Source: Oleiphilaceae bacterium (GTDB lineage Bacteria; Pseudomonadota; Gammaproteobacteria; Pseudomonadales; Oleiphilaceae). Taken from it: a stretch of DNA of 64,000 bases. Below are positions 39,686 to 47,498 of the stretch, piece by piece. Positions within the stretch are counted from its first letter, which is position 1. Each line of letters begins with the position of its first letter. The stretch is taken from positions 11,964-75,963 of the forward strand of contig JBFHUL010000002.1 of the NCBI GenBank assembly GCA_041590075.1, read 5' to 3'. A model generated the notes under the pieces. The model had not been told where the DNA came from. It saw only the letters and a program-made list of their open reading frames with translations, and did not search any database. Made by a program: the position numbers and the translations under genes.

Positions 39686-40885
39686 ATGAGTAACGCAGCG
39701 ACCTTTATTGCCCCCAATGGCGATACATATACCGACAAAAAACGCCATATGTGGCTGGTGTCTTTACTCATACCTGCCATGGGTGTGGGAGGCCCTTTAC
39801 TTTACATGGCCTATGGCAATGAATTCTTTATCTGGATGTTCTTTCTGATCGCCTACGGGTTGTTCCCTATTATTGATTTCATCCTTGGTGAAGATACGAG
39901 CAACCCTCCGGAATCTGTCGTGCCACTGTTGGAAGCAGATCCTTATTACCGTTGGATTACGATGCTGCACGTACCCATTGTTCTCGGCGCAGTGATCTTT
40001 TGTGGCTGGTTTGTAGCGCATTACGAGATGTCTGTTTGGGGTTATATTGGTACCGCGCTGGTGGCGGGTAATATCGGTGGGCATGGCCTGAATATAGGGC
40101 ATGAGCTCGGCCACAAAAAGAACAAGCTCGACCAGTGGCTGTCTAAAATTGTGTTGGCCCCAGCGGCTTATGGACACTTTTTTATCGAGCACAACCGGGG
40201 ACATCATAAACACGTTGCAACGCCCGAAGACCCCGCGTCTTCAAAGATGGGCGAAACCATCTACAGCTTTGCCCTGCGTGAATTACCTGGCGCGATTGCG
40301 CGGGCCTTTCGTATCGAACGTGATCGGCTACGCAAGCAAGGCCAGTCACCGTGGAGTCTACAGAATGAGTTCCTGCAAACCATGCTCATGACGTTGGGCT
40401 TTTATACGGTGATGGGACTCTGGTTAGGTGCGGAGGTCGTACCCTATCTGGTCTTGGCTGCGTTCTGGTCCATGTGGCAGCTCACTTCGGCCAATTACAT
40501 TGAACACTATGGCCTGCTGCGCCAAAAGCTACCGAGTGGACGTTATGAACGACCTCAGCCCTACCATAGTTGGAACAGTAACCACGTGTTCTCCAATTGG
40601 GCCCTGTTTCATTTACAGCGCCATTCAGATCATCACGCCAATGCAACCCGCAGCTACCAGTCTTTGCGACATTTCGACAACCTGCCCTCGTTCCCCAATG
40701 GTTACTTTGGCATGTATCCCATCGCTTATATACCGTGGCTGTGGTTCAAAGTGATGGACAAACGCTTGCTCGAAGTGACCGGAGGCGATGTTTCCCGAAT
40801 CAATATATTGCCGAAGAAGCGCGCCAAACTTATGCGCAAATACGGGCTTCACGACATCACGCCCGAAACGGCTCAGGCCGCCTAG
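39686..40885 (+). CDS. alkB: Alkane 1-monooxygenase (integral-membrane di-iron hydroxylase)
   Basis: Histidine boxes HELGHK, EHNRGHH and LQRHSDHH, plus NYIEHYGL. Several N-terminal transmembrane helices. Confidence 0.9.
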   Translation: MSNAATFIAPNGDTYTDKKRHMWLVSLLIPAMGVGGPLLYMAYGNEFFIWMFFLIAYGLFPIIDFILGEDTSNPPESVVPLLEADPYYRWITMLHVPIVLGAVIFCGWFVAHYEMSVWGYIGTALVAGNIGGHGLNIGHELGHKKNKLDQWLSKIVLAPAAYGHFFIEHNRGHHKHVATPEDPASSKMGETIYSFALRELPGAIARAFRIERDRLRKQGQSPWSLQNEFLQTMLMTLGFYTVMGLWLGAEVVPYLVLAAFWSMWQLTSANYIEHYGLLRQKLPSGRYERPQPYHSWNSNHVFSNWALFHLQRHSDHHANATRSYQSLRHFDNLPSFPNGYFGMYPIAYIPWLWFKVMDKRLLEVTGGDVSRINILPKKRAKLMRKYGLHDITPETAQAA

Positions 40886-40902
40886 TATCAAAAACGCTTG
40901 CG

Positions 40903-41070
40903 TCACGCTACCCGCTGGGTAATGTGGCGCAAGCCCTCCTGATCGCGATGTTTGGCCTTACGTCGATAGACTTTTTTACTTTCCACAACGCGTTGTCTGA
41001 ACAATGGCGAACGCACGGCTTTTGCCAATGCATTCAGTTTGTTCTTTCTGCTTGTATCCTGCTTGCTCAT
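40903..41070 (-). CDS. arfA: Alternative ribosome-rescue factor A
   Basis: 55 aa starting at ATG 41070 behind AGGAGA. The core SPLFRQRVVESKKVYRRKAKHR resembles E. coli ArfA [24 protein letters not shown]. The upstream extension in the ORF track is unlikely to be real. Confidence 0.65.
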   Translation of the reverse strand: MSKQDTSRKNKLNALAKAVRSPLFRQRVVESKKVYRRKAKHRDQEGLRHITQRVA

Positions 41071-41159
41071 AATGTCTCCTGCAATACAGTTTATGCCGAG
41101 TAGCCACGCGGGCGCCGCGCATTGTAGACCCTTGCCTGGGCAATACAAGAGGGCCATGG

Positions 41160-41807
41160 TCAGTTTTTCAGGCTATCCGCCAGCGCCAGGGCATCGCGCG
41201 TTGCCTGCGCAATGCTTTGCCAGTTCTGTGCTGCAACATCGTCAGGCCGTAACATCCAACTGCCGCCGACACAGGCGACAAAGGGTTCCGAAAGATAATC
41301 ATGCAGATTGTTTTCATTGATACCGCCGGTAGGACAAAACCGCAAATTACCCAAGGGTGCAGCCAGCGCGCGTAAACTCTTTATGCCGCCGTTGGCCTCG
41401 GCTGGAAAATACTTGATTGCCGAATAACCCGCTGCGTGCAGACGCATCATTTCTGAAGCGCTTGCCGCGCCGGGCAACCAGGGCTGCGAATTGCGCGCCG
41501 CATGCGCAATCAGTGCATCGGTTGCTCCGGGGCTTACCAGAAACGCGGCGCCGGCCTCTACCGCGGCATCAAACTGCCGAGCATCCAGCACACTGCCCGC
41601 CCCCACCAGCAAGTTCGGCCGGTGCTGGCAAACCTGCTTTAAGGCTTGCAGCGATCCAGATGTGCGGAGCGTGATTTCAAACACCCGCATACCACCTTCG
41701 TACAGCGCATCAATCAGAGGCAGCGCGTCTTCGGCGCTGGCAATATTGATCACCGGGATGATTGAAGACTGAGCCAGTATAGGTTCAAGCCCGTTTTGTA
41801 CCGCCAT
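41160..41807 (-). CDS. eda: KDPG / KHG aldolase
   Basis: VFEITLRT, GAGSVL and Schiff-base Lys context IKYFPA, plus CPTGGI. Confidence 0.9.
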   Translation of the reverse strand: MAVQNGLEPILAQSSIIPVINIASAEDALPLIDALYEGGMRVFEITLRTSGSLQALKQVCQHRPNLLVGAGSVLDARQFDAAVEAGAAFLVSPGATDALIAHAARNSQPWLPGAASASEMMRLHAAGYSAIKYFPAEANGGIKSLRALAAPLGNLRFCPTGGINENNLHDYLSEPFVACVGGSWMLRPDDVAAQNWQSIAQATRDALALADSLKN

Positions 41808-41919
41808 AAAAATCGCCTCTGGTGCACTTCATATAGGTTTCACCTGCCCGGCAGGCGATAGTTTTTTGCTTTTGACCCTTTCGCACGATCTGGCCTAGAA
41901 TACGCCCCGCCCGTAGCAC

Positions 41920-41996
41920 CCGCCCATAGCTCAGCTGGATAGAGCGTCCCCCTCCTAAGGGGAAGGTCGAAGGTTCGAATCCTTCTGGGCGGGCCA
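41920..41996 (+). tRNA. tRNA-Arg (anticodon CCT)
   Basis: Hand-folded cloverleaf. Acceptor CCGCCCA/TGGGCGG. D arm GCTC-AGCTGGATA-GAGC. Anticodon stem TCCCC/GGGGA with loop CT-CCT-AA. T arm GAAGG-TTCGAAT-CCTTC. Encoded GCCA 3' end. Confidence 0.9.
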
Positions 41997-42043
41997 CTCC
42001 AATACGCCGGCACGTCAAAAACGGAAAGGAAGAGCGCGACGCA

Positions 42044-42457
42044 CTAGACGTCTACGTCGTCCACATCCACCTGACCCGACATACGTCGGCGCACATGTGA
42101 CCAGCTCATACCCAGGCAGAGAATCGCGGCGATAAATATTTCTACGACCCAAATGAAAGCACTGGCACTCTCTAGACTCAACCAGCCGAGATCCACCATC
42201 CCCCAAATTAAAACGCCCACAAAGGCTGCCGCCAGTATCAAACCAATCGCGCCTAAACTGCGTAAGGTCGCCCTGATGAAAATCACCCAGCCAATCACGA
42301 GCACAACACCTGCCAATAACATCCAGGGCGAAAAATTCTGCAGATCATTCACCAACCAGTGCAGATAGGAGTACCCACTGGGGTTATAGGAAAAAAATAC
42401 CAGCAAGGCCGCAAACACAAAGCGAATGGCAATACCGGAAGAGGTTATGGGATTCAT
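42044..42457 (-). CDS. Integral membrane protein of unknown function (4 predicted TM helices, acidic C-terminal tail)
   Basis: 137 aa, very hydrophobic, ending RRRMSGQVDVDDVDV. No recognisable catalytic motif. Confidence 0.55.
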   Translation of the reverse strand: MNPITSSGIAIRFVFAALLVFFSYNPSGYSYLHWLVNDLQNFSPWMLLAGVVLVIGWVIFIRATLRSLGAIGLILAAAFVGVLIWGMVDLGWLSLESASAFIWVVEIFIAAILCLGMSWSHVRRRMSGQVDVDDVDV

Positions 42458-42527
42458 ACCTGAGTCTCGTTGTTAAAATATGCGGCAAATAATAGCCCCC
42501 ACCCAATAGCGATACCAGTCGCGCGCA

Positions 42528-43457
42528 TCAGGCAAGGTGTAAAAGCTCGTATTTTTTACAGTGCCGGCTAATTCGTGCAACCAGTTCGCCTTGCAGGGGC
42601 AACGGCATATCATGGGCCATGCCCCTTACCAAGGCCCATTCCTTTTCACAGGTGAGCGTTTGGTATACATCTTTGCCACACGCAGGCTTAAGCAAGGGGT
42701 CTTCAGCGCCATGCAGCACAAGCGTGGGCGCGGTGATGGTCGCCGTGTCTTTTTTTATTGAGCCGGTTGCCAGAATCGCATGCGTCTGGCGCAGGGTACC
42801 GCCGGGCGAATAGGCTCTGCGGTAATTGTGGCGAATGCGCATTTGCAATTCTTCGGCGGTCGCGGGATACACCGGGCTCTGGATGGCCTTCCAGAAACGC
42901 AACAGCCGATTCACAGCTTGTTCTTCATCATGCCCTTGCGGGCTGCCCCACCCCAGTTTCAATAACAACGCATAATCAGGCAGGGGCAAGCGCGGCGCGT
43001 TGGTCGACGACATCATCACGCTCAGCGTACGCACCTGATCAGGAAAACGTGCCGCGAGAATCTGGGCGATCATACCCCCCATCGAGGCCCCTAATACATG
43101 CGTGGGCCCGCAATCCAACTGATCAATCAAATGGGCTGTATCGGTAGCCATATCCACCAGATCATAGTCACTTTCAAAACGCAGCCCCATGCGATGCCGC
43201 ACAAAGGCCAGCCGGGTATCCATTCGACGCGCTGTTTTCACCCGGTCACTCAAGCCCACATCCCGGTTATCAAAGCAGGTCACTCTAAAACCTTCGGCTA
43301 CGAGGGCCGCAATAAAATGTTCTGGCCAGAACGTCATCTGGCAACCCAGCCCCATCACCAACAACAGCGGCACATCGTTTTGCTTGCCGTATTGCCGCAC
43401 ACAAAAGGACAAATGATTCGCTGAAACATGAAATTCGTTAAAAGCGGGTGCTTTCAT
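42528..43457 (-). CDS. Alpha/beta hydrolase
   Basis: Oxyanion region LLLVMGLG, nucleophile elbow GASMGG, and a C-terminal G.AHD region. Confidence 0.8.
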   Translation of the reverse strand: MKAPAFNEFHVSANHLSFCVRQYGKQNDVPLLLVMGLGCQMTFWPEHFIAALVAEGFRVTCFDNRDVGLSDRVKTARRMDTRLAFVRHRMGLRFESDYDLVDMATDTAHLIDQLDCGPTHVLGASMGGMIAQILAARFPDQVRTLSVMMSSTNAPRLPLPDYALLLKLGWGSPQGHDEEQAVNRLLRFWKAIQSPVYPATAEELQMRIRHNYRRAYSPGGTLRQTHAILATGSIKKDTATITAPTLVLHGAEDPLLKPACGKDVYQTLTCEKEWALVRGMAHDMPLPLQGELVARISRHCKKYELLHLA

Positions 43458-43658
43458 CTACACTCCTTCTTTCTGGGCCATATTCAGCCTACTGAAGCAC
43501 GACTTTACTGGCAGCGCAGCAGACCGCCAGCATAAGGGGCTTAGCGCCGTTCATGGCACGCGCACATCAGGCTGCGTGAATATAAGTGTAGAGCGTAACA
43601 CTGCACCACGCTCCAAACGCTATGCCCGGTATTCGCCCGCACACCTAAGGAGAACCCG

Positions 43659-44108
43659 ATGCCCAGCGAACGCCCAGCCGTCAGCCGCAAACAATTCAGG
43701 CATTTCGTCCCATTGGAAACACGCTGGATGGATAACGATGTGTACGGCCACGTGAACAACGTCACCTACTATTCTTTCTTTGATAGCGCCGTTAATCGAT
43801 ACCTGATCGAGGCAGGCGGACTGGATATCCATCACTCACCGATCGTTGCGTTTGTTGTTCGTTCCGAATGCGACTATTTTTCTCCTATCGCCTATCCCGA
43901 CAGCATTGAAATCGGTTTGCGCGTAAATCATCTGGGAAACCGATCAGTCACCTACGGCGTAGCAGTCTTTTGCGCGGGTGCGGAAAAGGCCTCGGCCTAT
44001 GGGCAGTTTGTGCACGTATTTGTAGCACGCGCCAGTCAACAGGCCGTTGCCATCCCCACCCAAATTCGCGCGGCACTCGAAAAACTGGAGGTTGACCATG
44101 AGCATTAA
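43659..44108 (+). CDS. Hotdog-fold acyl-CoA thioesterase (YbgC/4HBT-like)
   Basis: RWMDNDVYGHVNNVTYYSFFD, a typical 4HBT N-terminal motif. Confidence 0.8.
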   Translation: MPSERPAVSRKQFRHFVPLETRWMDNDVYGHVNNVTYYSFFDSAVNRYLIEAGGLDIHHSPIVAFVVRSECDYFSPIAYPDSIEIGLRVNHLGNRSVTYGVAVFCAGAEKASAYGQFVHVFVARASQQAVAIPTQIRAALEKLEVDHEH

Positions 44109-45528
44109 ATCAAAGTACCCCTACTACCTGGCCAACGAGGCATGCTTCGCCAACGAAGACCTGGCAGTGCATAACAAATACACCGGCGAAAAGGTATGTT
44201 CAGTTCCTCTTGCTACACCCGATGTGCTGGACGAGGCTATTGGTGCGGCCCATGAGGCTCGCAGTGCGATGGCAGCATTAAGTGTGCATGCACGGCAATC
44301 GATTCTGGAACATTGCGTACAACGCTTTAAAGAACGCGAAGAAGAGTTGGCCGAGATTCTGTGCATTGAAGCGGGCAAACCTATCAAGGACGCAGTAGGC
44401 GAAGTGGGTCGCCTGATCGATACCTTCAAGATCGCAGCCGAAGAGACTCCCCGGCAATATGGTGAAACCATCCCCCTCGACATTAGCCCGCGGGCAGAAG
44501 CCTATCGCGGCATGACCAAGCGGGTACCCCGTGGCCCCTGTGCGTTTATTAGCCCCTTTAATTTTCCCCTGAATCTCGCCGCGCACAAGGTAGCGCCGGC
44601 CATTGCTGCGGGCTGCCCTTTCGTCCTCAAACCCGCCAGCCTGACGCCGATCGGCGCACTGCTGATTGGCGAAGTTCTGGCCGAGACCGAACTCCCAAAA
44701 GGCGCCTTTTCCATTCTTCCCTGTCGTCGCGACAGTGCCGACCTCCTCACCGAAGACGATCGGATCAAGTTGCTCAGTTTTACCGGTTCACCCGATGTAG
44801 GCTGGAAACTCAAAACACGGGCGGGTAAAAAGCCAGTCATTCTCGAACTCGGTGGCAACGCGGCCTGCGTCGTCGACGAGGACTGGGATCTCGATGATGC
44901 GGTTGACCGCATGATTACCGGTGCTTTCTATCAGAGCGGACAAAGCTGCATCGGGGTACAGCGAATCTATGTGCATCGACGCATTTACGATGCGTTCAAG
45001 CACCAACTGGTGGCGGCGACCAAGGCACTCAAAGCCGGCGACCCCAGAGACGAAGACACCTTTATCGGCCCGATGATTTCGGAACAGGAAGCAGAGCGCC
45101 TGGCCACCTGGATAGACGAAGCCCTCGAAGCCGGAGCCAAGCTGCTATGTGGCGGAACACGCAACGGTAATATGCTTCAGGCTACGCTGCTTGAAGGCGT
45201 ACCCAAACAGTGCAATGTGTTCTCGGAGGAAGCGTTTGGCCCCGTCGCCCTGCTGGCCCCCTTTGATGACTACGATAAGGTATTGGCAGAAGTGAACGAT
45301 AGCCGCTTCGGACTGCAAGCCGGCATTTTCACTCGCGATCTCTTCAAAGCCCAAAAGGCCTGGGATAAGCTTGAGGTGGGCGGTGTGATCATTGGCGATG
45401 TACCTTCATGGCGCGTCGATCACATGCCCTACGGCGGCGTGAAAGACAGCGGTCTCGGGCGCGAAGGCATACGCTGGGCATTAAACGATTTAACAGAACT
45501 GCGACTCATGGTGATACGCAGCCCTTAA
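44098..45528 (+). CDS. NAD(P)-dependent aldehyde dehydrogenase
   Basis: ELGGNA and catalytic Cys in GQSCIG, with an FNFP motif. Start set at ATG 44098 (MSIKSKYPYY...), which overlaps the thioesterase 3' end by 11 nt. Confidence 0.88.
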   Translation: MSIKSKYPYYLANEACFANEDLAVHNKYTGEKVCSVPLATPDVLDEAIGAAHEARSAMAALSVHARQSILEHCVQRFKEREEELAEILCIEAGKPIKDAVGEVGRLIDTFKIAAEETPRQYGETIPLDISPRAEAYRGMTKRVPRGPCAFISPFNFPLNLAAHKVAPAIAAGCPFVLKPASLTPIGALLIGEVLAETELPKGAFSILPCRRDSADLLTEDDRIKLLSFTGSPDVGWKLKTRAGKKPVILELGGNAACVVDEDWDLDDAVDRMITGAFYQSGQSCIGVQRIYVHRRIYDAFKHQLVAATKALKAGDPRDEDTFIGPMISEQEAERLATWIDEALEAGAKLLCGGTRNGNMLQATLLEGVPKQCNVFSEEAFGPVALLAPFDDYDKVLAEVNDSRFGLQAGIFTRDLFKAQKAWDKLEVGGVIIGDVPSWRVDHMPYGGVKDSGLGREGIRWALNDLTELRLMVIRSP

Positions 45529-45597
45529 AGTTTTGTCTTGCGCCCCCATATCTACTCGTGCATTGTACGCTTCACTTTCTAGGAGGAGTCTCTCTTT

Positions 45598-46413
45598 ATG
45601 GCCTCATGGCTGCATCACCCTCGCGTTCGCTATGCCTTTATTGTCGCCGTGGCGATCTTTGCACTGCTGCTCGTTTTCTACTCCAGTCCCAGCTTGCCAA
45701 GCCTGACACCTGATCGCGAACAGGTCATCAAAGAACTTCCGGACTTCACTCAATTTAAAAATGTACGCGAAAAAAAGCAGGCGTTTTTTGATTTCCTCTA
45801 CCCCATTATTGAAGAAGAAAACCGTCACCTGATGACGCTGCGAAACACACTCAAGGAAATGCGCAGCAAACAAAGCCTCTCCGGAGCAGAAGCGTCTTGG
45901 ATACGCGATTTGTCCAGGCTGTACCTCAATGAGAAACAGCAGGAAGATAGCCTCCCCAACCTGCTCGAAAAACTGATTCGACGCGTGGATATTATTCCAC
46001 CTTCTCTGGTGTTGGCCCAGGCAGCCATTGAATCGGCCTGGGGCACCAGCCGTTTTGCACGGGAAGGAAATAATCTGTTCGGACAATGGTGTTTCAGTGA
46101 AGGTTGCGGCATCGTGCCCCAACAGCGCGCGACGGGAAGAACACACGAAGTCGCGAAGTTCGACACGGTTAACGAAGCTGTGCACGCATATCTGCGTAAC
46201 CTGAACGCATTTCATGCCTACAAAACGCTGCGTGAAGCGCGTCGGGATATTCGCGAACAAGACAAGAAACTAAGTCCCACGCCGCTTTTGGCGGGCCTGA
46301 GTAATTATTCCGAGCAGGGCAAGGCTTACCTCACCAAGGTCGCGCGAGTGATTCGTCAGAACGAACTGGAGCGTTTTGATGTGCGCCAGCGGGAAGCATT
46401 AAGTGCACCCTGA
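45598..46413 (+). CDS. Bax-like glucosaminidase-domain protein (FlgJ C-domain family)
   Basis: N-terminal transmembrane segment. LVLAQAAIESAWGTSRFAREGNNLFGQW is the mannosyl-glycoprotein endo-beta-N-acetylglucosaminidase signature. AGGAGG Shine-Dalgarno upstream. Confidence 0.8.
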   Translation: MASWLHHPRVRYAFIVAVAIFALLLVFYSSPSLPSLTPDREQVIKELPDFTQFKNVREKKQAFFDFLYPIIEEENRHLMTLRNTLKEMRSKQSLSGAEASWIRDLSRLYLNEKQQEDSLPNLLEKLIRRVDIIPPSLVLAQAAIESAWGTSRFAREGNNLFGQWCFSEGCGIVPQQRATGRTHEVAKFDTVNEAVHAYLRNLNAFHAYKTLREARRDIREQDKKLSPTPLLAGLSNYSEQGKAYLTKVARVIRQNELERFDVRQREALSAP

Positions 46414-46722
46414 AGAAGCTTACGAACGCGGGGAATCGTTGAGGTGACCCTCCCCCGCAATCGCTTGTCGGGGTTGGATCACCTCCATTGTGTACCTCCG
46501 GAAGTACGAGACACATACTAGACCTAGCGCGTGTGAACTTCCGCACATGTTTGGCAAGATTTTGTTCACATCCCCGCCACGGGCTGAACGTTGTGTAAGC
46601 CTTGGTAAATTCGTGTTGTTACCCGACGGCCCACACCGGGCCCACAAAAACACTTTCAGCATGAGATTTTTGAAAACCCGACTACACTTACACCACTTTC
46701 ATCAAACCTGTACTTTCTGATT

Positions 46723-47493
46723 ATGGCCCTGAGAGCAGCTCTTTTTTACCTTCTGCTTTGCTTCCAGAATGTGGTGATTGCAGAAACCATAGACATTGCA
46801 ACCGGAGAATACCCTCCGTGGGCTTCTCAGCACCTTGTCCACCATGGCATCACCAACCGCATTATTGCCGAGGCCTTCAAAACCGAAGGTGTCGATGTTG
46901 TCTTTCATTACATGCCCTGGAACCGGGCACTTGAAGCAACACGTGTAGGTAAATATACGGCGACCTCTTTTTGGTCTTATGCCCCCGAGCGCAGTCGGCA
47001 GTTTAAACACAGCGACCCGGTCTCCGACATGCACCTCATGCTATTCCATAAACGCACAACCAAAATACGTGACTGGGACTCGCTCGCCGATCTCAACTAT
47101 CTGCGCTTTGGCGCCACGCGCGGTTACACGTACACCGACGAGTTCTGGAACCTCGCCAAAAATAATGTCCTACGTGTATCAGTCAGCAATAGCGATCTCG
47201 AAAATTTCAAGAAGTTGTTCAATAACCAAATTGATGCTTTTCTTATTGCCGAGTACACCGGCTGGTTTATGCTCTCGAAAAACTTTACGCCTGAGCAGGT
47301 CTCACAAATCAGCACACAGACCAAAATGCTGGACTCCACAAATGAGTACTTGTTGTTCTCCAAAAATGATCCGCGCAGCGAAAGCTTGCTCACAAAGTTC
47401 AACGCGGGGCTCAAGAAAGTCCTCGCCAGCGGCGCATTTGAACGCTATACCCAGGAAATGTTGGAGTCCTGCTGCCCCTCAGTGCAGCCTTAG
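46723..47493 (+). CDS. Orphan periplasmic substrate-binding protein (family-3 SBP-like), third copy in the window
   Basis: Signal peptide (LLLCFQNVVIAE) and a mature start TIDIATGEYPPW typical of polar-amino-acid SBP folds. No permease or ATPase gene nearby. Confidence 0.6.
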   Translation: MALRAALFYLLLCFQNVVIAETIDIATGEYPPWASQHLVHHGITNRIIAEAFKTEGVDVVFHYMPWNRALEATRVGKYTATSFWSYAPERSRQFKHSDPVSDMHLMLFHKRTTKIRDWDSLADLNYLRFGATRGYTYTDEFWNLAKNNVLRVSVSNSDLENFKKLFNNQIDAFLIAEYTGWFMLSKNFTPEQVSQISTQTKMLDSTNEYLLFSKNDPRSESLLTKFNAGLKKVLASGAFERYTQEMLESCCPSVQP

Positions 47494-47498
47494 GACAT

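Noticed and set aside
41920-43457. tRNA-Arg(CCT) as a possible genomic-island integration site.
   Set aside because: There is no integrase, no visible direct repeat of the tRNA 3' end downstream, and the flanking genes (a membrane protein and a hydrolase) look ordinary.
46473-46486. 16S rRNA gene fragment or rRNA operon remnant.
   Set aside because: Only 14 nt match the 16S 3' terminus and the flanking sequence does not continue the rRNA. It is retained only as a low-interest structural observation.
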